Source: Hyaloraphidium curvatum SAG 235-1
Taxonomy: Eukaryota > Fungi > Monoblepharomycota
Direction of reading: 5' to 3'
Assembly (NCBI GenBank): GCA_025558095.1
Contig: JAIVFI010000033.1
Span: 1-64,000, forward strand
DNA: 64,000 nt
The position numbers and the translations under genes were made by a program. Below the pieces are notes generated by a model, which worked only from the letters and a program-made list of their open reading frames with translations, searched no databases and had not been told where the DNA came from. This document shows positions 1 to 10,053 of the stretch, one piece after another (the first letter of the stretch is position 1; every line of letters starts with the position of its first letter).

Positions 1-131
1 CGGGGCTGGCCTGCCCGGACGCGATCCGGCACGTGCTTCTCCCGCGTTCCCCCGCGCCCTCTTCGCGCGTTCTCCATCTGACTTTTCCCTCCCTCCCCCT
101 CCCTCCGGATTCTCTTCCTCCCCCGATCCAG

Positions 132-622
132 TCCCTCGCCCCGCCCAAGTCCGCCGACGCCGTCCCCGCACCCCCGCAGGCCGTCGCCTCGCTGATCGAC
201 ACATCCTTCGGCTCGTACGACAACTTCAGGCGCGAGTTCTCGGCCGCCGCCGCGGGCCACTTTGGTTCCGGGTGGGCGTGGCTGGTGCTGGACAAGAAGG
301 AGGGGAAGCTCAAGGTGACGCAGACGCACGACGCGGGGTCGGCCATCGAGGGTGGGGTCCAAAGGGCGGCGGATGAGACAACGGCTTCTCATCATAGTTT
401 CTCGAATGGTTCGCCACAGACCCCAACCACCACCCCCTGCTCACCTGCGACGTCTGGGAGCACGCCTACGTGGGTCCTCCCCCTCCCTCCTCCACCATTC
501 CACTTCTCACCCCTCCCTGCCAGTACATCGACTACCGCAACGCCCGCCCCACTTACATCGACAGCTGGTGGAAGCTCGTCAACTGGGAGTTTGCGGCCAA
601 GCAGCTCGCCGCGGCCAAGTAG
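132..622 (+). CDS. Fe/Mn superoxide dismutase, 3' part (exons 132-351, 420-469, 524-622; 5' end outside the window or unresolved)
   Basis: Spliced translation gives FGSGWAWLV and [11 protein letters not shown]|[18 protein letters not shown], the Fe/Mn-SOD C-terminal signature. GT-AG introns 352-419 and 470-523 restore the frame. Confidence 0.93.
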
Positions 623-829
623 GCCCGACGGTGGAGGTCATCCGGTCGGGAAGGGCAGGGGACGGGATGGGGAGGCCGATGCTTCTTGCGACACGATCTT
701 TGGCACCTTCCCATTCCCTTTTCCCCGGAGATTCCGTCCGTCGCGTCCTCCGCGGCCAGCGATTACCGATCCACCCGCCGAGCATCCATGACCAGCCCCC
801 CTCCACCTCCCCAAACCACGCATCCGCAC

Positions 830-3438
830 CTACCCCTCCCCAAGCTCCTCCCCGCTCTCCAGAAAGAGCCTGGCGTAGTAGTTCCCCACCCCACCCTCCC
901 TGGGCCCGGGCCCCGCCGGCCGCTCGCCGCCCTGGATGTCCGCGATCCCCGGCAGCGCCGGCGGCGCGGCGAGCCGGACGCCGGCGGCCACGACGGCCGC
1001 ACGGAACGCGTCGGCGACCTTGCGCGCTGCACGGCACGGAAAACACGCGGTCAGCTCCAAAGGTCCGGGTGCAGGCACGGGGGTCGGCAACCCACTCTGC
1101 GGGCCAAACTTCCTCCCCACCGCCTCGATGCACCTCGCCACCGCTTCCACCGCCGCCTCCGCGCGTCCCCGCATCCCCTCCAGCGCCTGCCGTGCCTCCC
1201 CCTCGGCGTGCTCGGCCCGCGCGCGCAGCCCGACCGCCGACGCCAGCGCCACGCGGCCGACGACGAACGCCGACGGGTGCATTAGGAAGTGGTGCCACCT
1301 GTACCACGGGTCCGCGGCGTACTGCGAGGAAAGGATGCCCGCGAACTGGCGCACGCACCGCGCGAGCAGGGGGGCCGCGCGGCCCTCGGCCAGCCGCGGG
1401 TCGGGGCCGCCGCCGCCGGTGGGGTTGGCGGGGAGGTAGTGCTCGGCGGACTGCGCGACGATGCACAGCAGGAAGCAGAGGAACATGTGCGCGTGCGCGG
1501 GTTCGGCGAAATGCCGGTCGGCGCGGAGGAGGAGCGGGGAGGCGTCGCCGGCCTCGAGGGCGGGGCCGAGGTCCGGGGGCAGGGAGGGGTAGATGGCGGA
1601 GGAGATTGATTCGTACTGCGCCACCTGATCCACGTAGGCGCGCTCGGCGGGGTCCAGCTCGTGCTCGGGCTTGTGGTAGCACGCCACGGGGTCGATCCCG
1701 CCCTCGACGGCCGCCCGCAGCAGCGCGTGGCGCTTCCACCGCAAAAAGTTGCGCAGCTGGAACAGCGCCATGATGCCGGCCTTGTACCGGAACACGGGCT
1801 CGGCGAACTGCGCGACCATCTCGTGCTCGCGCGCGGGGTGCACGTCCACGTAGGCCGGGCCGCCGCCCGCGGGGCCGAACAGGAGATCGTAGGCCACCTC
1901 CGGGGACGCGTGGTTGAAGTACAGCTCGTGCGAAGGGAGGCGCAGGCGGTGCGGGTCAAAGTACGAGAAGGCGGCGCGGGGCAGGTTGGCGTAGTAGGCC
2001 GAGCCGAGGTCGAACGCGGCCAGGCCGAACGCGATGCGGAGGACCATGTCCCCCTCGATCCACTCGACCGCGTTGCGGGGGTGCGCGGCGGCCGCGCGGG
2101 GGTACAGCCGCGCGAGGATGGCGACGCTGTGCCGCAGCAGGCCGATGGATTTGCCGGGGAGGGAGGCCTGCACGAGCAACTGGAGGAACATGACCAGGAC
2201 CTGCAGGGCTTCGAGATCGCCGATGGGAGGGGGCCGGTCCGAGGGGGCGTAAAAGTAGCCCGCGAGGAGGATGTCGCGGGAGCGCTCGCAGTAGTACCGG
2301 GCCAGGCGGGCCTTTTCGCCGTCCGAGAGGCCGTACCCGGACAGGCAGACGACGCCGGTGGCCGCGACGGCGTAAAAGAGCGCGAACGGGCGGTTGGGCC
2401 CGTAGATGGGGCTGCCGCCGGTGGCAAAGGCGGATTCGAAGGTCTGGCGGTGCAGCACGGGCATGAGCGGGTGGTAGTGCTCCCAGTACGCCGCGATGGC
2501 AGGCTGCAGGAGGTCTGCGAAACGGGCGAACGAGGACGGCGGTAAGGAAACGTACCGGTGAGCGCAGGGCACACGGTGCGGCGGCTTGCGGCACGGCACG
2601 TACCTGGCAGGTACCCGGGCGGAGGGTGGTACATGGTCGGCCCGGGCAGCGGCATCGTCCACGGCCCCGGCGGGGGCCCCGACAGCGGCACCATCTGCCC
2701 CGGCCCCGCGGCGCCCGGCGGCGGCGGAAATAGCGGCGGCAGCATCATCCCGCCCGGCTGGGGGATCAGCTGGCCCGCGGGGATCATGGGGGAGGGGGCA
2801 AAGGCGTAGGGGGCGGGCATGGCGGCCCAGGTGGAGGGCACGCCGGCCCAGGAGGAGGGGTAGAGGGGGATGCCGTCGGCCAGGCCGCCCGAGGGGAAGG
2901 TGCCCAGGGAAAAGACGGCGGGCGAGGGCGTGCCGTGCGGCGACGGGTGTGCGGGGTACAGCTGGCCCGAGGCGACGGAGCCCGATGCGGCCGACGTGTA
3001 GCCGTCTGCGGGCGGGGAGTGCGAGGGCTGCGGGGGCGAGTAGCCGCCGTCCGAGGGCGTGTTCGAGGGCGGCCGGTCGGGCGGCGGGGCGTCCTGCGCC
3101 CGCAGCGCCGCCTCCATCTGCTGCGCGCGCCACCGCTGCGCCCTTCGCAGCCGCTCCTTGCGGCGGCGCGACACGGAGAAGTCCTGCGGTGCGCACGGAC
3201 GTCCCAGCCGGGAGCAGCGGTCGCAGGGCGATGCCGGATCGGGGTCTCCGTAGGTGCACCGGCGTTCTGCGGCGGGGGTTGCGGTCAGCCGGGCGGGTCC
3301 GTGGGCGGCCGTCTGCCACCCACTCAGCCTGGAGCACGCCTCGCACGACGGCCGCGGCGCGTCCTCGGCGGCGGGCGCGTGGTGGGCGGCGTGCGCCCCG
3401 TTCGGGGCCGCGGCGTGCGGCGGCCCGCCGTCCCCCAT
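830..3438 (-). CDS. Zn2Cys6 fungal transcription factor with fungal-specific TF domain (multi-exon)
   Basis: After removing a short intron near 3270-3323: CEACSRLKRRC-x10-CDRCSRLGRPC. Pro-rich linker, then AYWEHYHPLMPVLHRQTF (Fungal_trans-type motif). Further introns near 2510-2590 and 1040-1095. Confidence 0.88.
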
Positions 3439-4309
3439 CGCTGCAATCGCCCGATCGCCCGATGGAGGAATTGCCGGTGCCGCGGGGAGTGGGCGGGAGA
3501 GGCCGGTCAGGGAGCGCGGGAGGGAGCGGGCCGCGCGAGACTCACCGCCGGCGTCGCCCTGCCCGCCACCGCCGGCCGCCGGGGACGGCGAGCGGCCGCC
3601 AACCGACCCCGACGGCGGCGACTCGGCCCCGCCCGGGCCCCCGCCTGCCGAGGCCATCTGCTGGTGCGATGCGACGGCTGGTGCAGACGGCCACCTCTTG
3701 CCGTGCGCCCGCCCGCCCGCCGATCGAACCGCCGCGGCCGCAACGCCCCGACACCGGGCACCTGCACTGCGCATCGGCCTTCTCGCATTACGGCTAGCAC
3801 CCCTGATGGGCCCGATCCCCCCGCATCCGCCCGGCTGCGGCCGCAATAGCCCCCTGCCTTGGCCCGAGCTGCCGCCGCCGAGGCCTCGGCCCGCAGCGGA
3901 GACCGAGCCGGCCAGGCGCCCGCTCCGCCCCGCTCGGCGCCTCACCTCGCCCCATCCGCGGACTCGCATCCGCATCCACCGTGTCCGGGGAACTCCGCGG
4001 CGCCGCATCCGCCTCCCCGCCGATCGACCCTCGGCCGACGGGGCCAGACCCGGCGATGCAACCCCCGGGATCGACGCCCGCATCGGCCACCGTCCCCGGG
4101 CTCCCCGTCCCATCGCGAACCGCCGCGGGTCTGCAGCGGATCACATCGGGGTGTCCGCTGCTTCCGCAAGCCGGGGACCGGGAGCCGCCCGCTTTTGCGC
4201 ACCGGCGGCCGGCCGTCGGGCAGATTTGCCCCGGGGTTGCCGCCGGGGACCGACCCTCATTACCTTCGACCCCAAAAATGGCATTGACAGACATCACGAA
4301 ACCAACGAG

Positions 4310-4932
4310 CTATAGCGCAGCATATGGCTGCTTTTTCGGCGGCGCCGCGACCGCGGGAATCGGCGGCTGTTTTTCGGATGGCATGCGCCTCGCCCGCGCG
4401 GGCGATGCGGTGGTGTCCCAAGCGTCCGAGCGTCCAAGCAGTCCCTCACACAGCATCCCACCACTCCGACGACGCAGCAGCGGTGCCCCTCCTCCCCACC
4501 CTGCCGCACTCAGAGCCTGCACCGCACCTCCCACCCCCCCCCCATCCCTCCCCTCCCTCCTCCGTGACCCCCCCTCACCAGCCCCGCCTCCCTCCCTCCC
4601 AGATGCACCACCTGCTCCGCGTTCCACACCTCCTCCCCCGTGTGCAGCCGCGCCCCCCTCCCGCGCTCGCACGGCAGCACCCGCGCGCCCAGCGCGTGCC
4701 ACGCTTGGAGGGTCGCCCAGACATCCGTGGCGAACCCCCGCAGGCGCCTGATATCCCGGAGCATCGCGGCAGCGGGCTCCAGGCCGCGCGGGGGGCGGGC
4801 GGCGTCGAACGCACCGGCGGCCGGGCGGAGGGCGGCGAGGGTGCCGCTGAGCGCCGCAAAGGCCAGTTCCCCGGCCTCGGGGGCTTCGCACGCGGCGCTG
4901 ATGGCGGAGACGAAGTGCTCGGCGGGCTCCAT
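4310..4932 (-). CDS. Hypothetical protein (probably 2 exons)
   Basis: ATG at 4932 opens protein-like MEPAEHFVSAISAACE...; probable intron gtgagg...gtgcag near 4518-4578; no recognisable domain. Confidence 0.4.
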
Positions 4933-5099
4933 GCGGGATTCGGGGGCGCGGGGAGCGGTGTTTGGGAGGTGTTTTTCTTCGCGGGGGGACACCAGCCCGG
5001 CATGCGGGGGGCAAGGGGCGGTGCGTGGCGTCGGCAAGACGGACGGACGGGCGTTCCCGGGCGATCGGTCGACACCTTTATCCGGCATCGGGTGGTTAA

Positions 5100-6282
5100 G
5101 CATATCGTGAGCCCAGCTCCAGCATCCCCCCCCCGCATCCCCGTCCGCCCGGCGGGGATCACCGCTTCTTGGTCGTGGTGCGCCTCTTCTTCGACGTCGT
5201 CCTGCGCCTGCTCGTCGTCTTTTTCCTCGCCGTCGTCTTTTTGGCCGCGGCGGCTTTGGTGGTCGCCTTGCGTGCGGTGGACTTTGCCGGCGGCGGCGGC
5301 GGCGGCGGCGGAGGTGGAGGGGGGGGCGGCGGTGGGGAGGCGGGGTAGCGCAGCGGGCTGGACGCTGTCGCCGACGTCGCGGAGGGCGACGATCAGCATC
5401 CGGCTGCGAGAAGAGGCGGCGGCGGTACCCACCCATTGACCCGCAGGTCGTCGCGACCGTCGACACCTCGTCGTGCTGGCATCGCTTGGCGCCCTCGCGG
5501 TCGGCCGTGCACCATCCGGCAAAGTGGTTAGCGGCCGAGGTCCTGTTCATCTGCCGCGCGGTGTCCCGGGTGAGGATGTTGCCGCTGGAGGCGAGGCGTG
5601 GGGGGTGACCCACCACCGAGAGCTGCGCCTGGTACAGCTCGCCGGCGGCCGCCGGCACCGGGCACGCCGCGGTATCGGCGCGCTGCCGGTAGTACAGCTT
5701 GTGCATGTCGACGTACCGGTCTGCCGACCCCCGCGGTCGTCAGCGGGAGCCCCCGAACCCGCGCCGCGGACCGCGACCCACAGTTGAGGATGTTGGCGGG
5801 CACCGAGTCCCCCGCCACCCACCCGACCACCCCTTCCCGCGACACGGGCAGCTCGTTGCCCACTTTGCAGGTGTAGAAGCGGGGGATGTCCCACCACCCG
5901 ATGTTGCAGCCCGTGAAGACGCCCTCGCAGCTGTCCTTGGTGTCGTCGATCCTGCGGGGAGGCGGGGGGGTTAGCGGGGTCCGGGCGGGGGGGGGCAAGG
6001 AGTGGCGCACCAGCTCTCCATCCAGAACTCGAAGGTGACGTCGTTTCCTGTTTGAACCCGGAAGGAGGACGGCCGGCGGGGCGCGGGCGGTCAGGCACCG
6101 CTCCGCCTCTTCAGCCCGGCGGCGGGCCCACCGATGGTCATGCACCGCGGGCCGACGTGGTAGAACACGGTGAACGTGCGGACGATGGCGGCGTCGGTTC
6201 CCCGGAGGGAGAGGAGGGCGAGGAGGGCCATGGCGGCGGCGGCGAGGCAGGCGCCGCTCCCGGGGCGTCGGGAGCCGGACAT
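5100..6282 (-). CDS. Putative secreted Cys-containing hypothetical protein (multi-exon, 3' end uncertain)
   Basis: Signal-like AAAAMALLALLSLRGTDAA, then protein-like segments in different frames (IDDTKDSCEGVFTGCNIGWWDIPRFYTC; HKLYYRQRADTAAC) separated by intron-like gaps. Confidence 0.4.
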
Positions 6283-6727
6283 CGCGGCCGGCATCCCCGA
6301 ACTCCGCACGTGGACAAGGCGATTCGCAGTTCGCCGCCGCGGAACGGTCCCCGGCAGGCGCGGCGGGGCGTTTGCCGCGGAGGGCGGAGCACTTGGCGGC
6401 TTGGCTGCCGCCGCGGCTCTGAACCCCGCGTCAGCTTCGATCGCGATCCCTGGGAGCACAGCTGTCGGCGCGCGCGCTTGGAGCCGCAAGGGAGGATGGG
6501 CGTGGTGGTTGGTGGTATTCATAGGATTTGTATCGGGGAGGCGCGTCAAGCCGACCGACAGGACGGGGGGCCGAGACGACAACGCCGCCTCATGGCAAAC
6601 AACTCAGCATCGTATAGGACGGCACAGCTACTCGATGGGCCCCCGTACTCAGATTTCCCCGCGCCGTCCCCCAACTGATCTATCGAACCCCCTGGCCGCG
6701 GAGCCGCACCGCCGTCCTGCATCCGTT

Positions 6728-8103
6728 TCACAGCTTCGCGCCCGCCGCGTTCTTCGCCGCCTCGTCCGGCGCCACCCAGTTGAACTTGTTGGCGTTGGTC
6801 TCGGGCTTGAACAGGTTCTGCCGGCAGGCGTGTGAGAGCGTCCGCGACCGCCGCCGACGGAACCCACCATCGCCCGCCGCGCCATCCACTCCCCGAATGT
6901 CGGCGGCAGCGCGCCGTCGTCGACCGGCACGCGCGGGTCGCGGAAGGTCGGCGCGAGCGCGGCGATCTTGGGGGAGAGCTCCGAGAGGGGGTAGAGGAGC
7001 TGGTCGTCGTTGGGCCGGGACTTCGCGAGCGTCAGCACGAAGCGCAACGGCGCATCGGATCGGACACCCACGAAGTAGACGAGGCTGTACCGCGTCTCCC
7101 CCCCCTGTCCCATCTCCTCGGGCGGCGCCACCACCCTGTGCCACGAGCTGCGCAGGTACCCGGCGGACCAGGCCTGCAGCGCGTCGCCGACGTTGACGAC
7201 GATCCCCGCGGGGTTGGGCCGGACAAACTGCCACGTCTGCGTCCGGGGGTGGAGGATCTGCAGGCCGGCGACGTGCTGGTTGAAGAGGAGGGTGAGGGTA
7301 CCGAACTGCGGAAGGGGGCTGGTCAGCGGAGGAAGGATGGGGAGGGACGGGGCGGCTCTTACGTCGGTGTGGGCGAGGATGCGGGTGGGGACAGAGTCGC
7401 TGCCGAGGGGGAGTTCGGGGAGCTCCGAGACGGGAGGGTACCTGCGAATTTCACCGTTTCGGGGGAGGCGCCACTCAGCACGAGCGAGAAGCGACCGCCC
7501 GGTGGAACTCGCCTGAGGAACCGCACGTGGTCCCCGCCCTTACGCTCATAGTCGTGCCTGGCGTCGAACCACCGTTCGTCCTCGAAGCCCAGCACGTCGG
7601 CAAACACCGACAGCAGGTCGTTGCAGAGCGCGTGCGAGCTCCGGCTGAAGCGCTCGATGTCGGCCGCGCGGCGCTCGTGCAGGGGGATGAGGGGGATGCG
7701 GTCGTGGGCGTTGAACTTGGGGATGTTGACTGCGGGGGTGGGCGGTGCCGGTGAGTCGAGTGGCGAGGCACGGAGGGCCGGGAAGGCGACACCGACAGTA
7801 CTCGTTGCCGCCCGTCAGCGGCTTCCACCCCATGTACACGCCGCTCTTTGTCACGTCCAGCTTCTGCCTGTCCTCTAGCGGCGTCGTGAAGCTCTCCTCG
7901 CACAGCCGGAACATGTCGTCTCGCTGCTCCTCCAGGCCGTGGTTCACGAGGAGAAAGAAACCAGGGCCTTTCGTGCACGCGCGCTCAAATTGCGCAGCGA
8001 GCTCGCGCTTCCGGGAGGGAAAGAGGCTCCAGTCGACGACTTCGAGGTCGCACCACTCGGTACGCGACGGCGGCGAGGGGGAGGCGTGCGCCTGGAGCGA
8101 CAT
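6728..8103 (-). CDS. 2OG-Fe(II) dioxygenase, isopenicillin N synthase/DIOX family (multi-exon)
   Basis: GFFLLVNHG (DIOX_N), HTD|FGTLTLLF..VAGLQI, VVNVGDALQAWSAGYLRSSWHRVV, RYSLVYF (HxD...H and RxS motifs). Ends in AKL. Confidence 0.92.
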
Positions 8104-8427
8104 GGCGGCGGGATGGGGAGCTAGGTGGCGGGGCGCGGGAGACAGGCAAAGGTGGGTTTCGGCCGCCCAGCGACGTGCGCAGGGCAGAGCGGAGAAGACC
8201 AAGAGAGTGCCTGCGGGCGAACGAGGCGGAGCAGCCGGCGGAAGGGTCTCGAGGTGTCGACGTGCGTAACTCGCGGGGACTGACCAGGGGTAAACAAACG
8301 CTAAGCAGGCGCCGTCGCTAAGCCTGGAGACTACAGAAAAACCCCGCCACGCAACCGCCTTCCTCGCGCGCGGCGAGCGATTTAGCTGCTCTCTTCACAC
8401 TCCTTCAATTTCCTACCCTTTCCTGGC

Positions 8428-9168
8428 ATGTCGGCCCCCCTCCTCGCCCCCGCCCCGCCGGGCCCCGCCGTCGTCACCCTCAACGACCTCCTCTTCTACG
8501 TCCTCGCCTTCTTCCTCCCCCCCGTCGCCGTGTGGGCCAAGCGGGGGTGCTGCTCCACGTGCTGCGGGTGCTGCGCGTGCTGCGGCGCGCCCGGGCTGGA
8601 GGAGGGCAGGCTGGACGACGGGAGGAGGGTCTATCTCCGGCGGAACGGGACGTCGTGGGACCTGTGCCTGAACCTGCTGCTGTGCCTGCTCGGGTGGATT
8701 CCAGGTCGGTGGACGTGCTTGCCGGCCCCCGCGATGCGCCACTGACAACATCGTTTCTCCCCTCGCTCCCGTTATCCTACCCGCCATCCTACCCGCCCCG
8801 TGCCAGCCCAAATCCACGCCATGTTCGTGGTCTACTGGAACCGCGAGCAGCTCCTCTACCCCGCCGAATTCCACGCACCCTTCTACCGCCCCTACGCCGT
8901 CTACACCTACTCCGCGATCCCGCCCCCCGGCGGCGCGTGGCCCGCGCCCGCACCGGCGCACGGTATCCCGCCGCCCGTGCCGCAGCAGCCCCGGCCGCAG
9001 CCCCAGCCGGAACCGTTCCCGCAGCCCGCGTATGCGGGGTACCCCGGGAACGTGTCGGGGGGGCCGCCGTCGGCGCCGGCCAAGGACGCGAAGGTGAAGC
9101 CGGATGAGCAGGGGCCGGCGCAGCCCCCCGACGAGGAGAGGCCGCCCCCGTACAACCCGGAATACTAG
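8428..9168 (+). CDS. Pmp3/YqaE (UPF0057) proteolipid with Cys-rich insert and Pro-rich tail (intron 8705-8806)
   Basis: LAFFLPPVAVW...LNLLLCLLGWIP|AQIHAMFVVY is the Pmp3 pattern. The tail ends PPPYNPEY. Confidence 0.8.
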
Positions 9169-9423
9169 GCGGAGGGAAGCGCTGCTATGGGAGGGCTATC
9201 GGTGCCGTGTTGCGCGGGGAAGAGGCGCGCGGTGGCTCGCAGCTGCAGGATTCAATTCTAGAGGAACGAGCTGATGTAGCGGTCCTGATTGCCATCTGCG
9301 TCCGGCATTCGTATGTTACTACCGTTGCTCGTAGATCCCAAGCACCGTCCTCCGGAATCACAGATGTCGAACGCGCTCGGGTCATCGGTGGCGCGGTTTC
9401 GTCGCTCCGCATCTCATCGCGAA

Positions 9424-9870
9424 ATGGCCACCGCCCCTGCCGACAACCGCGCCCAGCTCGTCCCCGCCTTCTCCCGTCTCCTCGCCTCCGATGGCCGGGT
9501 CGCGGCGTGGCCGGGGCGGAAGCACCGCCAGGCCCTGGAAGCGATGCTAGCTCCCTACGTGCACTCTCGGCTCCTCACCGCCCGCGCGCCGGGGACGCGG
9601 ATGTCGCAGGAGGAACTCACGGCGCTGATGGTGGAAAAGGCGGTGGCGAGCTCGCCGGCGGACGCGGTGCTGCTGCGGCGGGAGATGGTGGAGCGCGGGT
9701 TCCTGGGACGCGACGACCTCGGGGCCGAGTACTGGATCCAGGAGGGGGGCGGGAAGGGGAACCCATGGGCGAATGATCGGAGTTGGATCGCGGAGGTGGT
9801 TCCGCCTGCGGCCAAGCCGGCAAAGGACGCTACGGTGGAGGGTGGGAAGGCTGAGGAGACCGGGGAGTGA
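9424..9870 (+). CDS. DUF2087-like small protein
   Basis: MSQEEL...DAVLLRREMVERGFLGRDDLGAEYW resembles the DUF2087 D-x2-LRR-x-LV-x2-G-x-L-x-R-x3-G-x2-YW pattern. Single exon. Confidence 0.65.
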   Translation: MATAPADNRAQLVPAFSRLLASDGRVAAWPGRKHRQALEAMLAPYVHSRLLTARAPGTRMSQEELTALMVEKAVASSPADAVLLRREMVERGFLGRDDLGAEYWIQEGGGKGNPWANDRSWIAEVVPPAAKPAKDATVEGGKAEETGE

Positions 9871-10053
9871 AGAGGGCGTGTTTGACGATCCTGCGTACTT
9901 GGATCAGGGAGATGGGGGCACGATTAGCAAACATCTGTGCGTCATCCCAGCTGGTTTTCGAGAACCTTCGAAGGGCCAAGGCGGGGAATAAAGGGCGGCG
10001 TCGGGAGGCAGCAGGGCCCAGCGTCCCATTACCAAATACACCTAACCTTGACC

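Noticed and set aside
5288-5310. (GGC)n microsatellite; also a short GCGCAATAT duplication near 36257-36278
   Set aside because: Too short and expected in GC-rich DNA; no functional evidence.
830-8103. Secondary-metabolite cluster (TF plus 2OG dioxygenase)
   Set aside because: There is no PKS, NRPS or terpene backbone gene or transporter in the window.
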